Positions 1-13,184 of a DNA stretch of 40,398 nt are shown in pieces; positions within the stretch are counted from its first letter, which is position 1, and each line of letters begins with the position of its first letter. The notes beneath the pieces were generated by a model that was not told where the DNA came from, did not search any database, and saw only the letters and a program-made list of their open reading frames with translations. Source of the stretch: Bigelowiella natans CCMP2755 (lineage: Eukaryota > Protista > Cercozoa). The position numbers were made by a program, and so were the translations under genes. The stretch is taken from contig ADNK01000547.1 of assembly GCA_000320545.1 (NCBI GenBank), forward strand, positions 1 to 40,398, in the 5' to 3' direction.

Positions 1-367
1 CATGGTACATATAACTCTGAAGGATGTGATCCATAAGGAAAGACATTCATATAGGATAACTCTAAAGCTGGTTTTTTGTCAATCTTTTCAGCCAACTTCC
101 AGAGCGAATCCGTAGACCTACAGGGATAAAGCATATTTCAAAATAAATACTTGACAATATTATAAGTTATCTTCGCGGTATATCCCAGTCCGAAGACAAA
201 GGTTGTTAGTGCTTTCGCTATGCATTCGATTTCCGGTACACAATAATCATTATGAAGTTGATCATCACCAACTCAACCACATAGCGATTGGAATTAGCGA
301 CTGCGTTTTATGTCTATGCAGAGACAAATAGCGATAGAATAAACTTACTCACTGCTCGACCCACAGG

Positions 368-812
368 TCATCGGAGCCACAATGGCAATTCTCTAATGCT
401 ACTTCTAAAACTACTGCAGCTGCTGCTTGGATTTGCTTACTTAATCGGAATCCACTTGCACTTTCCAGATACAACCTTCGACAAGATGGCCAATGACAAC
501 AGCATAACAAAAGCAGTAACAATTGCTATCATCGGTGCAGAACAACATCATGTCGTGCATGCGTTTTCGTTTTGCGTGTCATTTACTGGTGTTGTTTCAT
601 CATTTCAAATGTTTTTTCTCCCGATGATGATGATATGTTGCGTGCATAACTCGGATATTTTGCGATATCTAAAGAGACACCTTCAGATTTGTCTCAACGT
701 TTTGACTGCCCCCGACGGCGTAGTATCTATCGATGTAAGGGAAGAAAAACTAAGAAAGTTTCCGAAGACTATAATCTTGTGGGAGAATAGTACTTCTGCT
801 CGGGCATCGTGC

Positions 813-852
<40 letters not shown>

Positions 853-2650
853 ACATACACACATACTTTGTGGTAGGGCCGTAATGCTTCACGATCTGCT
901 CAAAGCACCACGCTTTTCCCATCTACTCGACACACCAGCAGTAGCAGCAGCAGCAGCAGCAGCAGCAAAGAATGGGCAGATGATGATCACAAAGAAACAA
1001 GTTGAAGTAGTATTGGAATATCACCGTAGGGAAACAGAAGGGACTTACAGCAACTTTCTGTTGTTATTGGAAACAAACACTTCTTCTTCTTCTTCTTCTT
1101 CTTCTTCTACTATCACTAGAATCATAAACAGTAGCACCTTCGCAGACGCATAAACTTGCTCAGGAGTAAATATAGAGTTAAACCGGTAGAGATAGAGCTT
1201 TGTCAACGTCGGGACCAGCTTATCACCACTCACTATTATGCTCATCCCCCCTAAATATATAAAGAAGCGGCGCATCTGTAAGACAGCCATGTCCATACAA
1301 AAGTGGATGCACATGCCGATAACAACGACGACAACAACAATGACCACAACAATACGATGATGCTGGCGACGAACGATGACGACGATGCATCATATCTTAC
1401 AGCGGCACATATATAAGTAGAAATAAGGTAGTAGCTGCGGCAAAGACTACGACCTGCTTTTTGAATGGAGAGGAGTACCTCTCTAGCTGCCTCCAACCAT
1501 CTTAAAAGAGAATACCATCGCAATCATAATTATTCATGATGCCATCATCAAGAGCATCATCATCATCATCTTAATTACTGCGAAACATCAATAACACACA
1601 CACACACACACACACGCACACATGAATTCATACCTGTGCGACATTTGATTGACTTGATAAAGGTCCTCGGCAAGACGGCTGACACGGTCAGAGAGGAGAG
1701 TGGCGATGCTTTCTTTCCCAGCATGCGCACCGTATGCCTAGTGAGTGATGGAAAAAAGACGTACATAATTGCAGCAAAAGTGATTGGGGAGGAATGATAC
1801 GTTTGAGGTGATACTTTGCTCTACGATACGACTACTACGGTCAAGAGGAAACAGCTGATGTTTCCATATCGAAGCCAACGATAAAAGGTCATACCGATAT
1901 ATCTTGCATTATATTCAAATGAAAATATATGTAGAGAGAGAGAGAGGAGGGGGGGAGGAGGGGAGGACACTCGTATATACGTTTGTAATAATACCTCTCG
2001 AATCCATCGCAATCTCCGTGCAATGTTACAGTAGTTTGGTCGTCCTGTTTTTGCACAGTCATATACACGTATATACCCAATCAATTAGAGGAAATAACAA
2101 ATTAAAGTGATAATAGTGATGACAATGACACTGGTAACAGCACGAAGAAAACACACCTCGATCCATGAGACTCTCCCGTCGCATTTTGTATGTGGACAAC
2201 GGCTTATTGTCGTCAAAAGGGAGAAGCGAATTGCAGTGCGGCTGATCATATCTGCGATATAAATTGTTAAATTGTGTTGACTTGAGCATTAAAGCGAGGG
2301 AAAGAGCACATGACACACCACGCAGCCCTTACAATGCCCCATCAGCAATGCTATCAAGACAAATAAAGTGGAAATCATCATCCGGCCTCTTCAAGCAACA
2401 ACAGATTTCCCTGCAAGCAGGTTACACTCTACCGCTCTACTACTACTTCTTCTACTACTACTGAACACTTTATATCGCACCGCACGATGAATGGAATGTT
2501 CATGCTTGAATATTATTCCTACTACTACTGCTACCTCTCAAGCTCACGCCACCACAGCCTTGTTAACAAGAACGACAATGTTCTTTCCACGGAAAAGGCC
2601 ACCTATGGAGAGAGATAGTGAGAGGACGCAAGAAGGAAAAGAATCCGTCA

Positions 2651-2690
<40 letters not shown>

Positions 2691-3095
2691 ACACATCATT
2701 TCTCCTTCTCTACTCTGTCTTACTATTATTATGATCTTTCTTGCCGAGTCAGTACACATACATGGCGAATATTGGGATCGAAGTCGTAGTCTTTCAGCAT
2801 CTTCTCGTCCGTCAGTGACTATTGTGTGTGTGTTTGGGGAGGGGGGGGGGTTGAGAGATGTGAAGAGAATACTTTATTATACACAAGATAATATTATAGA
2901 ATTTCTCCTCTTTCACATGTACTGCACAACGCAAATGTACATTTCGATGTGGCAGAAGATTTAGAATTATTACCACCCCCTCTCCCCCCTTTTCCTTTAT
3001 CATCATCTGTTTTCATGTCCATCAACAGCAAAGCATCATTGCTCCTAACTAACCTTATAGGGCAGTAACGCCTCATCCACCTCCCAGATATATAC
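368..3095 (-). other. EYA: Eyes absent (EYA)-like HAD phosphatase domain spread over about 12 small exons
   Basis: Phase-consistent GT-AG exon chain: VYIWEVDEALLPYK|SLTDEKMLKDYDFDPNIRH|VAFSVERTLSFLLTRLWWRELER...IARRLRWIRE|IY...WLEAAREVLLSIQKAG|GMSIIVSGDKLVPTLTKLYLYRFNSIFTPEQVYASAK|MGKAWCFEQIVKHYGPTTK|YYAVGGSQNVE. It is colinear with EYA-domain consensus segments recalled from the family: VFIWDLDET, LAFRYRRVKEIY, LVTTTQLIPALAKVLLY, NIYSATKIGKESCFERI, YVVIGDGVEE. Confidence 0.8.
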
Positions 3096-4041
3096 TGATG
3101 ATTATTGTTGTCGTTGTTGTTGAAGTAGCGCTGGTGTGTGTTTTAGTGTTTGTGTGTTTGTTGTGTTGCGTGTGTTACATGTGTATGGATATATTTCATA
3201 TGAAATATTTCAAAATTTTTAGCATCTATAGAGTGGAATATTATCATTTAAAAAATTCTTCAGAAATGATGTCATCATCATCATTTTGAAATATGTCGTA
3301 ATGTTAATACCTGCAGATATCTCACTAATTGGCCTTTCAGCTGCACAAACAGCCCACTTTTCATCCTGAAAATTCGATTATAAATATGATGAAAATGAAG
3401 ATAAAGATGAGGATTCGGTTGATTAATTGATTGATTGTTGTTGATAGTGACAAGACCAAGAAAAAAGACTTCAAGATATATTTATGAAAGTTTACGTGTT
3501 TTTGTACGCACACCCCTTGCTCACTCTATATTAAGCCACGTACATTACGCTGCACATGAAAGTTGCGTTTCTCAATTTTCTCTATCTACGTTGATCATCC
3601 TCATCATGCAATTATGTGCATATATGATCGATGCTCCCGCACCATTTGTTTAGCCCACTTCACCGCCTTGTCCACAGAAGATGTACTGCTGAATGAGCTT
3701 CCTCCTCCTCCTCCTCCTCCTCCTCCTCCTCCTCGGCGCTCTCTTGCATTACTGCTGCTGCCTCCACTACCACCACCACTACTACTACTGTCTCTATATT
3801 CTCTATCTTTATCTCTCCTCCGGCTGCTGTAGCTACTACTGTCATCCTGCCGGTCCCCTCGCCCTCCTCCTCCCCCTCCTCCTCTGCTGCTGCTGCTGCC
3901 GCCGTCTCTATCTCGCTCTCGGTCCCCTCGATAGTACCTTGACAACAAGAACAGGATTGAGATGATTAATAGCGTCTAATAGGAAAAAGAGAGAGAGTAT
4001 CATCACGGGAAGGCATGCTACTACCACCTCGATTCTCGATG

Positions 4042-4078
<37 letters not shown>

Positions 4079-5268
4079 TTGCGATCACGTTCTCGATCAT
4101 CTCTGCTCCTTTCTCTACGTCTCGGACGATCTCGAGAATCCCTCTCGGATCTCCGGGATGATGGGTCACGTTCCCTCGCCCGCCCCTCGCCGTATGATGA
4201 TGATCTATCCTCTCGGTCGATGTTCTTGCGGTTTCTCGACGACGATGAAGATGAGGAGGAGGAGGATCCCACCTATGTATTGAATAATGACAATATGATG
4301 TTCGTTCTGCCAATAATAGTGATGAGAAAGGCTTCCTTCACATCAAGTGGCGTGTATTTCATTATCTCTCTCTCCCTCTCCCTCTCCCTCTCCCTCTCCA
4401 TCTCTCCTTCGTGACATCATTCTTCTATCACCCCTCGTTCAGACGGCTGGTGTCGTTTGGAATGACGCGATACTGAGCTGCTCGATGATGACGATGAAGA
4501 TGCAGATGGCGACGAAGATGACGATGATCCAGATGTCCTTGACTGGTAGGAGGAAGAAGAGGAGGGCAAAAATAGTAGTGAAGATTGAATAGAGCCTAGG
4601 GGCGTATTGGGACGAGTATCTGAGAGTATCACCCTCCCTTTTCTTCTTCTTTTTCTAATTCTCTTTCCATGCTGCAACTCACCTTCTTCGACTGCTTTAC
4701 CGGTGGGGGGGCATTGAAGAGAGGCACTGGAGGGAGATCCTGATGTCGGAAGCAACACGAAAGTGAGAGAGTCATAGAGAAAGAGGGGGGCGGGACCACA
4801 TTTTTGTACTCAGTAAAATATATGATGCAAGTGGTTATGCATCATAATCCCAACAACGACAACGACAATACCTTTGCCCTCCGTTTGTTCTTCTTTTTAG
4901 CCGATGGTTTCTTCTCCCCAAGCTGATAAGGCTGAAGAGAGGCCAGCATTTAAGAAGAAGGGAGATAATACAAATAACAGTACTTGTAAGAAGCTACTAA
5001 GGAGAGGGGAGATGGGGAGGAAGAAGACGCTACTACAAATGATGACGATGACGACGACAGTAGCAGCAGCTGCAGTAGCACTTAATGATTGGTGTACATC
5101 GGCATCATTTGGTACGGATTGTCTGCGAGGCCCTGCCCGTCTCCCTGGGTGATATGGCTGGAACGGCATCTTCTTGGACACACGCCCACCGATCACCTTT
5201 TAGCAGCAGCAGCAGCAGCAGTAGTAGTAGTTTGTTGTAGGTTGTGTGGATGTATATATTATCACCAT

Positions 5269-5306
<38 letters not shown>

Positions 5307-8300
5307 TTCCTCCTCTCACTCTTCCGATTATCTTCACCACGGTTATATTGATGATTCTACTACTCGTCTTCCTGCTGTAATTCTGCCTACCACTCTCGCT
5401 GGCGCAGTTTCGAAAGTGTTGCTCTCCTCATTCCCATCATCTTCATCCGCTCGTGCAGTTCCACTTCCTCTGCTAGTGCTATTGCTAATCCTGTTCTCAT
5501 CATCATCATGCTGCTGCCTCTGCCTCTGCCTCTGCCGTAGAGCAGTATTTCCGCTGCTGCTGGTGGAAGAGTGTGAAGTGTTTTTTGAGCGGCGGAGAGG
5601 CTTGATATTGGCGGATTCGAATGGCACATTTGGCGTCCTGAGCAAGTTTTCATTGTTATATCAAAAGATTAGGGAAAGGGGAGAGAGGACAGGAGAATGG
5701 TCGCACAAAGCTCTAAAATCGGTCTTCTTCTTCATGCATGTGAAGGAAATATCATCATCCAAACATGATGATGAAGTGTGAAGTGATACGATGCAATATA
5801 ACCGTCCATTGCCACAGTCGAGTGTGTAGCTTTCGCTCTCGTAGTGCACACCCTCCACACGAGCCATCACGCCCTTATACAGGACCATATCCCCCTTTTT
5901 AAACTTCGGATCGACTGGCGTCGAAGCCGTTGCATCTCCTGTTTTCACTGCCGATGATGATTTATTTCCTGCCCCTGCGTTGTCGTTGCTGCTGCTGTCG
6001 CTTTTCTGTTCGGAAGACGGCTGTTGCTTCTTCTCGTTCTTCTTCTGCTTCTTTATGCGCGAGAGCATCGCTGCAAGGCCTGCAGATACGCGCAGAAGAA
6101 ACGGTTAGGCGTAGTGATAACAGCAGATGAATGAGGTGGAAGGAGGAAATTTAGCGAGGCAAGAGGAGATATTTGTGCGAACGATTTCGTGGCCATATAT
6201 GACGACGATGCTGCTGCTATTTCCTGCTGCCGCCCTTCTTAACACATAAAAATATATACACACTCACTCACCGGAGACGGGCTTGGAAGATTTCTGCTTA
6301 CTGAGCTCTTTTTGCCTGTAAGTATTGACCAGCCACACTTACTGCAATGCCCACAATTATCGTGATAATGATGATGATGATAATGATGATGCTGATAGTG
6401 GGGAGAGCAATAAGGCCGAGAAATTTAAGCAGTAAACGTATCGACATATATAATGGCCTACAATGCGTCATCGTCCGCACTACACATATCATTCGAACCA
6501 ATCCTTCTTCTCTACTTAACAATCTACCGCTGTTTCTCCTTCCACTCGCGCGAGGCCTGAACGATAATGCAGTGCATCAGCGGCAGTAGTAGAATAAATA
6601 CCACAATCATAGAACACACCTTTTCGGCCCTCGCTTTCACCTCAGCGAGCTCCTTCTCTCGACGTAATCGCTGTATTATGATCCATGATGAAAGGATAGA
6701 TAATAGCGCAGCAGCAAGCCAACGGATATAGAAGATACACAAGGAATGAGAGACACAGAAGGTAAGCTTAAAAGGGAGGGGGAGGGATTGGGCTCTACTC
6801 CTATAATTTGTTAGTTCTTCAGCTGCTATGTGCTGCTTAACTACCTCCTCCTCCGTCTCCTCGGGCTCCTCTTGCTTTTGTACATTTGAAGTGTCTTGTT
6901 GACTGTCTTTCTCCGAAGTAGGCTTCTTTTTCTTCTTCTTTTTCTAAGCAAGAGGGTATATTTGTATGTGAGGTATTTTTTGCACCCATCAAGGAATGTA
7001 GGAGGACAAACAACTGCTTTTACCACAAGGGGGGCGGGGAGTGGAACATTATACGCTTCTAACTCCTCCTCTTTCGCACGGGTCATAGCCTCCACCGCAG
7101 CTCTGATACAACAAAACATCATTCCGAATATTTAATGGACAATAACATAACCCCACCACGTAAGATACAAAAACCATCACGATGAACAATCACTCGATCA
7201 CCCAACAGATTTCTTTCTCTTTCGTGTCTCTTCTTCATCATCATCATCATCATCATCTCCTTCTTCCTCCCCCTCCTCACTAGTTTGGCGTACTTCGCTC
7301 TTGCAGCCATTGCCGCATATTTGCCCGCTGCATGGGTGGGGGGATACATAGCCATTCCATGCAGGCCCAGTGCCCCTCCAATGGCTCGAGAAGCGAGATA
7401 TGATGAGGAAGCAGTATTATCACTTTTTTCTCTTCGTCGTCCTTCCCTATCACCGCCATCTTCTACACGATTCTGTGAAGATCTCTTGTTGGTTCTTCGA
7501 CGAGGCGATTGCGAGCGTGAAGAGGGCCTTCTGCTAGAAGAGCTGCGTCTGCTGTTACTGATGTACGTGCATAGCTTTAATTAACAAAAGTCTGCTTGTG
7601 TGTGGTAGGCATCGTGATTCTTCCTATTTCATTGTTTTGTTTTTCTGGTCATGACCTATCTCTGTCCGGAGGCGACCTACTGCCCCTTCTTCTACTTCGC
7701 CTGTAGAGTGATAATGGTGATGATGATGGTGATGATGATGATGATGTAAATGCTGATGTGGAATTAACGATTCTAGATCTTGGATTCCAAGATTGGGTGT
7801 GATACAAAGTACAGAAGAAAATCGAAATTTACGGTGGAGTATTCGCATCAATGATGTGGTTCTTCTTCAGCATCACCTTCGTTGTCTTTGGCTTTCACGT
7901 TCCCTTCGTCTACTCCTCGAGTCCCCCCTATCCGGACTCCTGCTGCCCCGCCGCCGCCGCCGCCGTTCAGGACTTCTACTGTGTCGTCGCTTAGATCTCC
8001 TGATGCAATAGATCATTGTCATTGAAACGTTCCTCCATTCCCTCTTCCTCCTCTTCCTTCTTCTAATGTAATAATTTGTCTTTCGAAATACCGATCTCTG
8101 TGGCGGTCCCTATCTCTGCTCTCTCCTTCGCGGCGACTGCTGCTTCCGCTCCGAGAAGATGATTCTCGGGATTCAGAAAACTTCCTTCTTGATGACGATG
8201 TTGATGTGGAAGAGGACTCTTCGAGAAGGGATGCAGGGACTAATTTAGTGGAGAACAGTGAGTATGAGACAAGTAGCAGATAGAACCCCGCACAAGAAAC

Positions 8301-8507
8301 ATCACCGTATTCATCCACTCCCTCTGGTTTTTCCCAAGACGTCTCTCCAGTGGACCAATTGTAATAATAGGTTTTCCTTGTCGCTGGGTCTACGACAGGC
8401 TGAAAGATGGAAACCACGAGAAGTTGAAAACGCAGATGTGGACGACGATAACATGCATGCAACATGGGATTTCCCTATACCTGCCATCCCATCTGAGAGG
8501 AATCCAT
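368..8507 (-). CDS. Multi-exon protein: N-terminal WW domain, RS/RD-rich low-complexity region, C-terminal degenerate EYA-like HAD domain (single-gene model; exon structure partly resolved)
   Basis: ATG at 8507 (MDSSQMGWQ, exon 8481-8507) splices GT-AG to exon 8306-8399 (PVVDPATRKTYYYNWSTGETSWEKP). RS/RD-rich exons follow (ORFs 8019-8465, 4021-4272, 3604-3948). A phase-0 intron 3366-3642 joins ...VKWAKQM to DEKWAVCAAERPISEISA, which leads into the EYA-like exons. The 3' end (368) is tentative and the middle exons were not fully phased. Confidence 0.6.
8325..8489 (-). other. WW domain (split by one intron)
   Basis: GWQ|PVVDPATRKTYYYNWSTGETSWEKP contains the W...YYYN..T.ET.W..P WW signature. 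Confidence 0.9.
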
Positions 8508-9329
8508 CCTGAACGCTCCTCTCTGTTGTTGGAATTTCATCTGTGAGATCATTTCTCCGAAATGCTTGCAGATTTCGCACACGAATGCTTACGGTCTGCG
8601 TATACGTGCTACAGAGCCACTGAGATACGCCCCACAGTCAACGATGAATTGTTATGCTACGTCCACGTCAAAATGGGAGAAGGGGCAATCGCAAACAAGC
8701 AGGGAAACACGCATACCTGCACTCAAGAATGCTTTAGTTACAACGAGGTGTGTGGGAACTGCTACGAGCGTACACGCTGCGGGCGTCTACGGCGGCCGGA
8801 TGCTGTCTCAATGTTGGTCATTTTACGATATTCCTGGTTCATATTTCGTACTTTTCATCACAAAAATTGTGGGAATTGTTGCCTGAGTTTGTTTGAAACT
8901 CCGTAAGTTCGATTAGGACCTTTTTTTTTTACATGGGATTACCTATCGAAGCCATTCCAAATCGTATGATATTTTCTGGAAATAAATATACGAAGATGCC
9001 ATAATGAAACTATCACGGATGCGAGCATCGTGAGGCGCGCATGCTTCTGAATTTAAAGATTGGGTGCAAATCATGTCTTAATCCTTGCTACGTCTAGGTA
9101 TTATCCGATAGAATCTTTTTTAATATAAATACTCTGCCTTTTGATCAAAACTTCGCCGATTTCGCCCATTTCGACGATAATTCCCCTCTTACAAACCTTT
9201 GAAAATAATATTTCGGGCGACCATGAAGCCGGTAGGGAATTTTGGAATAATTTCAAATTGAATCGTGGTGAATCACATCGTCAGCTATTCGATCATCATC
9301 ATCGGATCATCATCATCGTCGTCGTCTTG

Positions 9330-10898
9330 ATGATGATGAGAATGTCGTTCGGCCTAGAGTCACCATTCCAGCGCCTACGGCTTGGATGGGCACTGTTGCT
9401 CGTTGTCCAGCTCTTAGTTGGTAAGGCGAAAGCTAGTGAGTGTGTCCCGGCGTATCAAATCGGGTAAGAGTTGCTCCTCTGCTCCAAATATGGTTTGTTG
9501 TGACGAATGACACTTACATATATTTTCCTGATCAATCAAATAGTGACTGGGATACTTGGTTCAACGACAATACAAAGTTATCCTTCTTTGCTTTTGTTGT
9601 TTTAAACCCAGATCAATAACTTTTTGCCTCTTCATCGAACTTAGGCACATGTATAATCTGCTTCATGCAATGGACCGGATCGAGTAATTTAAAAACAATA
9701 TAGAAACCAACTTTCTCTTTGAACAGTAAAGAAGTTCGACTTGAATCATAGATTGTGACGTCTTTATTTCCTTTCGCTCAGAATTGCAATCTACGATACC
9801 GAGGCCTTTCTCCATGAGATGAAGGTTATCAGAGGAATATAAAGTTGTCCTGCAGAATATGTGCATGTCCACACGAGTTCCCCTTTATTTACGTTATTAT
9901 GAGGGAAGTGAGGAGTGGTGAATCGTTGCCCAGCCATTATAGGATCCATTATTATATTATGCCCTTCATCGTTTTTAACCAATTACATAGGAGTTTCCGT
10001 CCTGTATAGACGACTCTCTGGAAATTTACTGCTCAAACATTACGGTATTGCCTCATTCCATCCTCTTGCCGGTAACTTCACTGTTTTATGCTGTTCTTCT
10101 AAATGATACTTGGCAATACTTCAGACAAGAGTTACATATCTGACAGAGGACAAGTGGCAGCGACATCTATACACACTTGAACGTAATGGCCCATCCCCAG
10201 GACCATGATATAGTGAATGCATACACACGCAAAACAGATAGTAGATAGGGGAAATAGACGGAGAGAGGGAAACAGGGAAAAAGAGGTTGATAGACCTACT
10301 TATAAACACCCTGCTACCCTTCATACTAAAGGAACTGTCAAGTCAGACATAGATGAAGATCTTCGGTATTATAACAACAATAAATATATTTTATGATGAT
10401 GCCATCATCTTCTTCATCACTATCATCAAGTTTAGTATCATTATTTTGTTCGAAGGTGGTGTAATAATAGCAGAACCACAAAGCATGCCTGATGAGTATC
10501 ATTAGGAGCAGGCGTTGCAGTAGAATGAATAGCTATCATATAGTACTAGCATCTGTGGAAAGAGTGTTTTCTTGTTATTTGCTACCTCCTCGTGAATAAC
10601 CTCCTGATTTCCTCCTTATTACATCTAATATTATCCCCGTAAATTTGCAGCGACGTCTCTCGCCAATACTATGATGCGCTCTATGAGCTGCCTTCGGTAG
10701 TTCCAAATCTAGGAAAGCGAGGATGATGATGATGATAATGATAATAAAAGTGTCGAGCTGACGGTAATCATCATATTCTCTTGCTGCTGTTATAGCTCGC
10801 TTCTCCATACGATGGCTTTGGCGCTGCTCAGGTGAAGGGCATGTCTTCATGAGTAGTTTAAGTCAAAATATTCGAACTTAGCTCCCTTCTCCCCCCTA

Positions 10899-10934
<36 letters not shown>

Positions 10935-12707
10935 TACATGTATAAATATGTATGTTGTATGTGTACTATACTCAACTATTTAATTATACCTCTCTAGGAT
11001 CCTGACTACCATACAGTTGCGATGGGCTTCTGGAGGCTTACAAAGTAATTCTCTAGTATCCTGCAAAACTCAGTAAAAAGTGTTAATAAATACAGCATAA
11101 GAAAATGCAATGTAGAGTAGAAAAAATGTATCATTGTTGTAGTTCTTATCGTTCCCATTCAAATATTTCTTTTGATAACAAGACATTCATTATCATCATC
11201 ATTATCATCATCATCCATTCTGTTCCAAGTTATTCCATTTTACTCATCTCCTCCCCTGTTACTTTTGGCAGCACTTTTGACAAGGCCTACGACTACCACA
11301 ATGGTCTTCTAGCATAGTATTAGCAGTACGATTGGAAAGAAAAACAGATGTCATAGAATTAGAATTGTACGAGGATGTCTAAAAGGATTGAGCCAGTGGC
11401 TTCGACTTGATCAAATCATCATGCCTACCTGAAATTAATATGTATATTTCAACTTTTCAAACCGAATAGAGCACTAGCTGCATGAGGAAAACTTGATAGA
11501 AATCCATAGCATCACTGATACGACTATGTTTTTCGGTGTGTTGATGACACAGCGATAAAGCACGAATTGAACTCATGCTACAAGACTGCGTATGGTGATA
11601 TGGAAAAGGTAATGCTTTAGCAGATGAGAGCCAGCAGTAACAGTGTCTTAGTTGTAAATTTGTTTCATGTAATTATTTAAGTATGCGTGTACGCGCGCGC
11701 ACACACGTGTTCGCACATATGATTCATTGTCGTTCCTATGTTCAATATTACAAGAAATTGCTGTTATTTGATGTGCCTTGCTCAGTTTGGCTCGCACTGG
11801 GAGGCACTTAAGGGCCATTTGAAAGGTACCGATAGAGGAAACTTTGAGAAGGGAAATGAGATTGGAACAGGAAACAACTACGACAATAACTAATATTATG
11901 CAGCGAATGTGTTCCAATACTTCTGCCTCATTGACCGCGCCTCATTGATTGGTTTGTGCTTGTAGGTTTTACGCAAATGTCCTTCAGTAAGACCTTCAGC
12001 CAGGAAAAGTAACGCATCATCTCTATGACTGTTGTGAACAATGTCACTTTGATTTTGCTTACGTTGTTGATATTATTGTAGGCCTGCTACATGGGAGTTA
12101 GTGCTTCAATTTTGGAAGCGATTGAGGTGTCGCCGTCGTCGGTCGTTATTTCAGATGTCGTCGAGTTTATTTGGTTTATTCCTGTCGTTCTTATTTTTTC
12201 ATTTTTTCCCCTCTTTCTGTTTTTCTTTTCTTCAAATATATATTCAAACAATATCGGTTGCTCATGACCATGATATGTACATGTTCGGGCGTCAATCGGT
12301 TTAGGCACGTATGGGACAAGAAAAGGTCAGTGAGCCAATTTAACTTGTGCGGACGTGCACTAGAGAGAAGGAGAGGGAGAGATTACGTGTATGTGTGCTT
12401 ATATATGTATGTATGTACGCATTTGGTATTTCTAGACGCCACGGCTCTTGTGAGGACAATGAAGAGGATGACCTCAAGACATATGGTAGGGGGCATACCA
12501 TCGATTTTGCTTACTTTTTGCGAATGCAACCTATATGCTACATATGTGAGATGATTTAACAGTGAGGCAACAACAAACAATACAGATTCAGTTTTACGAT
12601 ACATGGAGGACCCATCAACGCTTCTTCAAAGCGATAGAAGCAAATCCTCGAGTACAGCTTTCTCGTTCTTCGCCAGCAGCTATGAAAGTCAAAAATCAGA
12701 GCTCTAA
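9330..12707 (+). CDS. Putative multi-exon ER-luminal protein, possibly thioredoxin-fold/PDI-like
   Basis: Hydrophobic N-terminus (MSFGLESPFQRLRLGWALLLVVQLLV) followed by a GTAAG donor. Phase-consistent 3' exons FGSHWEALKGHLK|GFTQMSFSKTFSQEK|PATWELVLQFWKRLR|HVWDKKR|RHGSCEDNEEDDLKTY|DSVLRY...YESQKSEL* (stop ends at 12707). Fragments DWDTWFNDNTKSITFCLF and TRVTYLTEDKWQRHL look weakly thioredoxin-like. Middle exons unresolved; could be two genes. Confidence 0.4.
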
Positions 12708-13184
12708 GAAGTTATTCCTAGAAAATTGACTAAAGAGGATTCGGAATAGCGATAGCGTTTTGCATCAACTTCAGGAAGAGCACAACGAAATGTTGCAGAT
12801 TCCACCATTCATTCAACATTAAATTAATACCCTTTAGCGATAATTTCGCTTGATCAATGATCATATGCCGCTGGCAGCACTATGGACACAAGTACATGAT
12901 GAAATTACGGTGGTTTCTGCCTAGACTCCATCAGCACAATTTGCGACACATGCTAGCATGTTGCAACATGGCAGTGCTTAGCAGCGTTGAGATGCCTTCT
13001 TGTTTCACGTTGGAGATAAGTGCGCACAAGCTGCAATGCCAAACAAAAACGAATGCCACTCTTACTAGCTTGTGCATTGCAATGCTTTGAAATGCTCCGG
13101 GGGCCTGATAATCCTGCAGCGATTGAAAGCTAGAAAGGCCGCACGATTGTGACCGTGCGATCGTGTGCTGCCGCTCACATAGGC

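Noticed and set aside
440-532. Signal-peptide-like minus-strand stretch MIAIVTAFVMLLSLAIL as the start of a separate gene
   Set aside because: Better explained as intron plus a terminal exon (VVSGKCKWIPI) of the EYA-like domain.
288-884. 198-aa plus-strand ORF
   Set aside because: Antisense to the EYA-like 3' exons, runs into a (CA)n array, non-ATG start and no recognisable motif.
8562-8906. Overlapping 106-114 aa ORFs in the divergent intergenic region
   Set aside because: Non-ATG starts and no homology cues; probably promoter or UTR.
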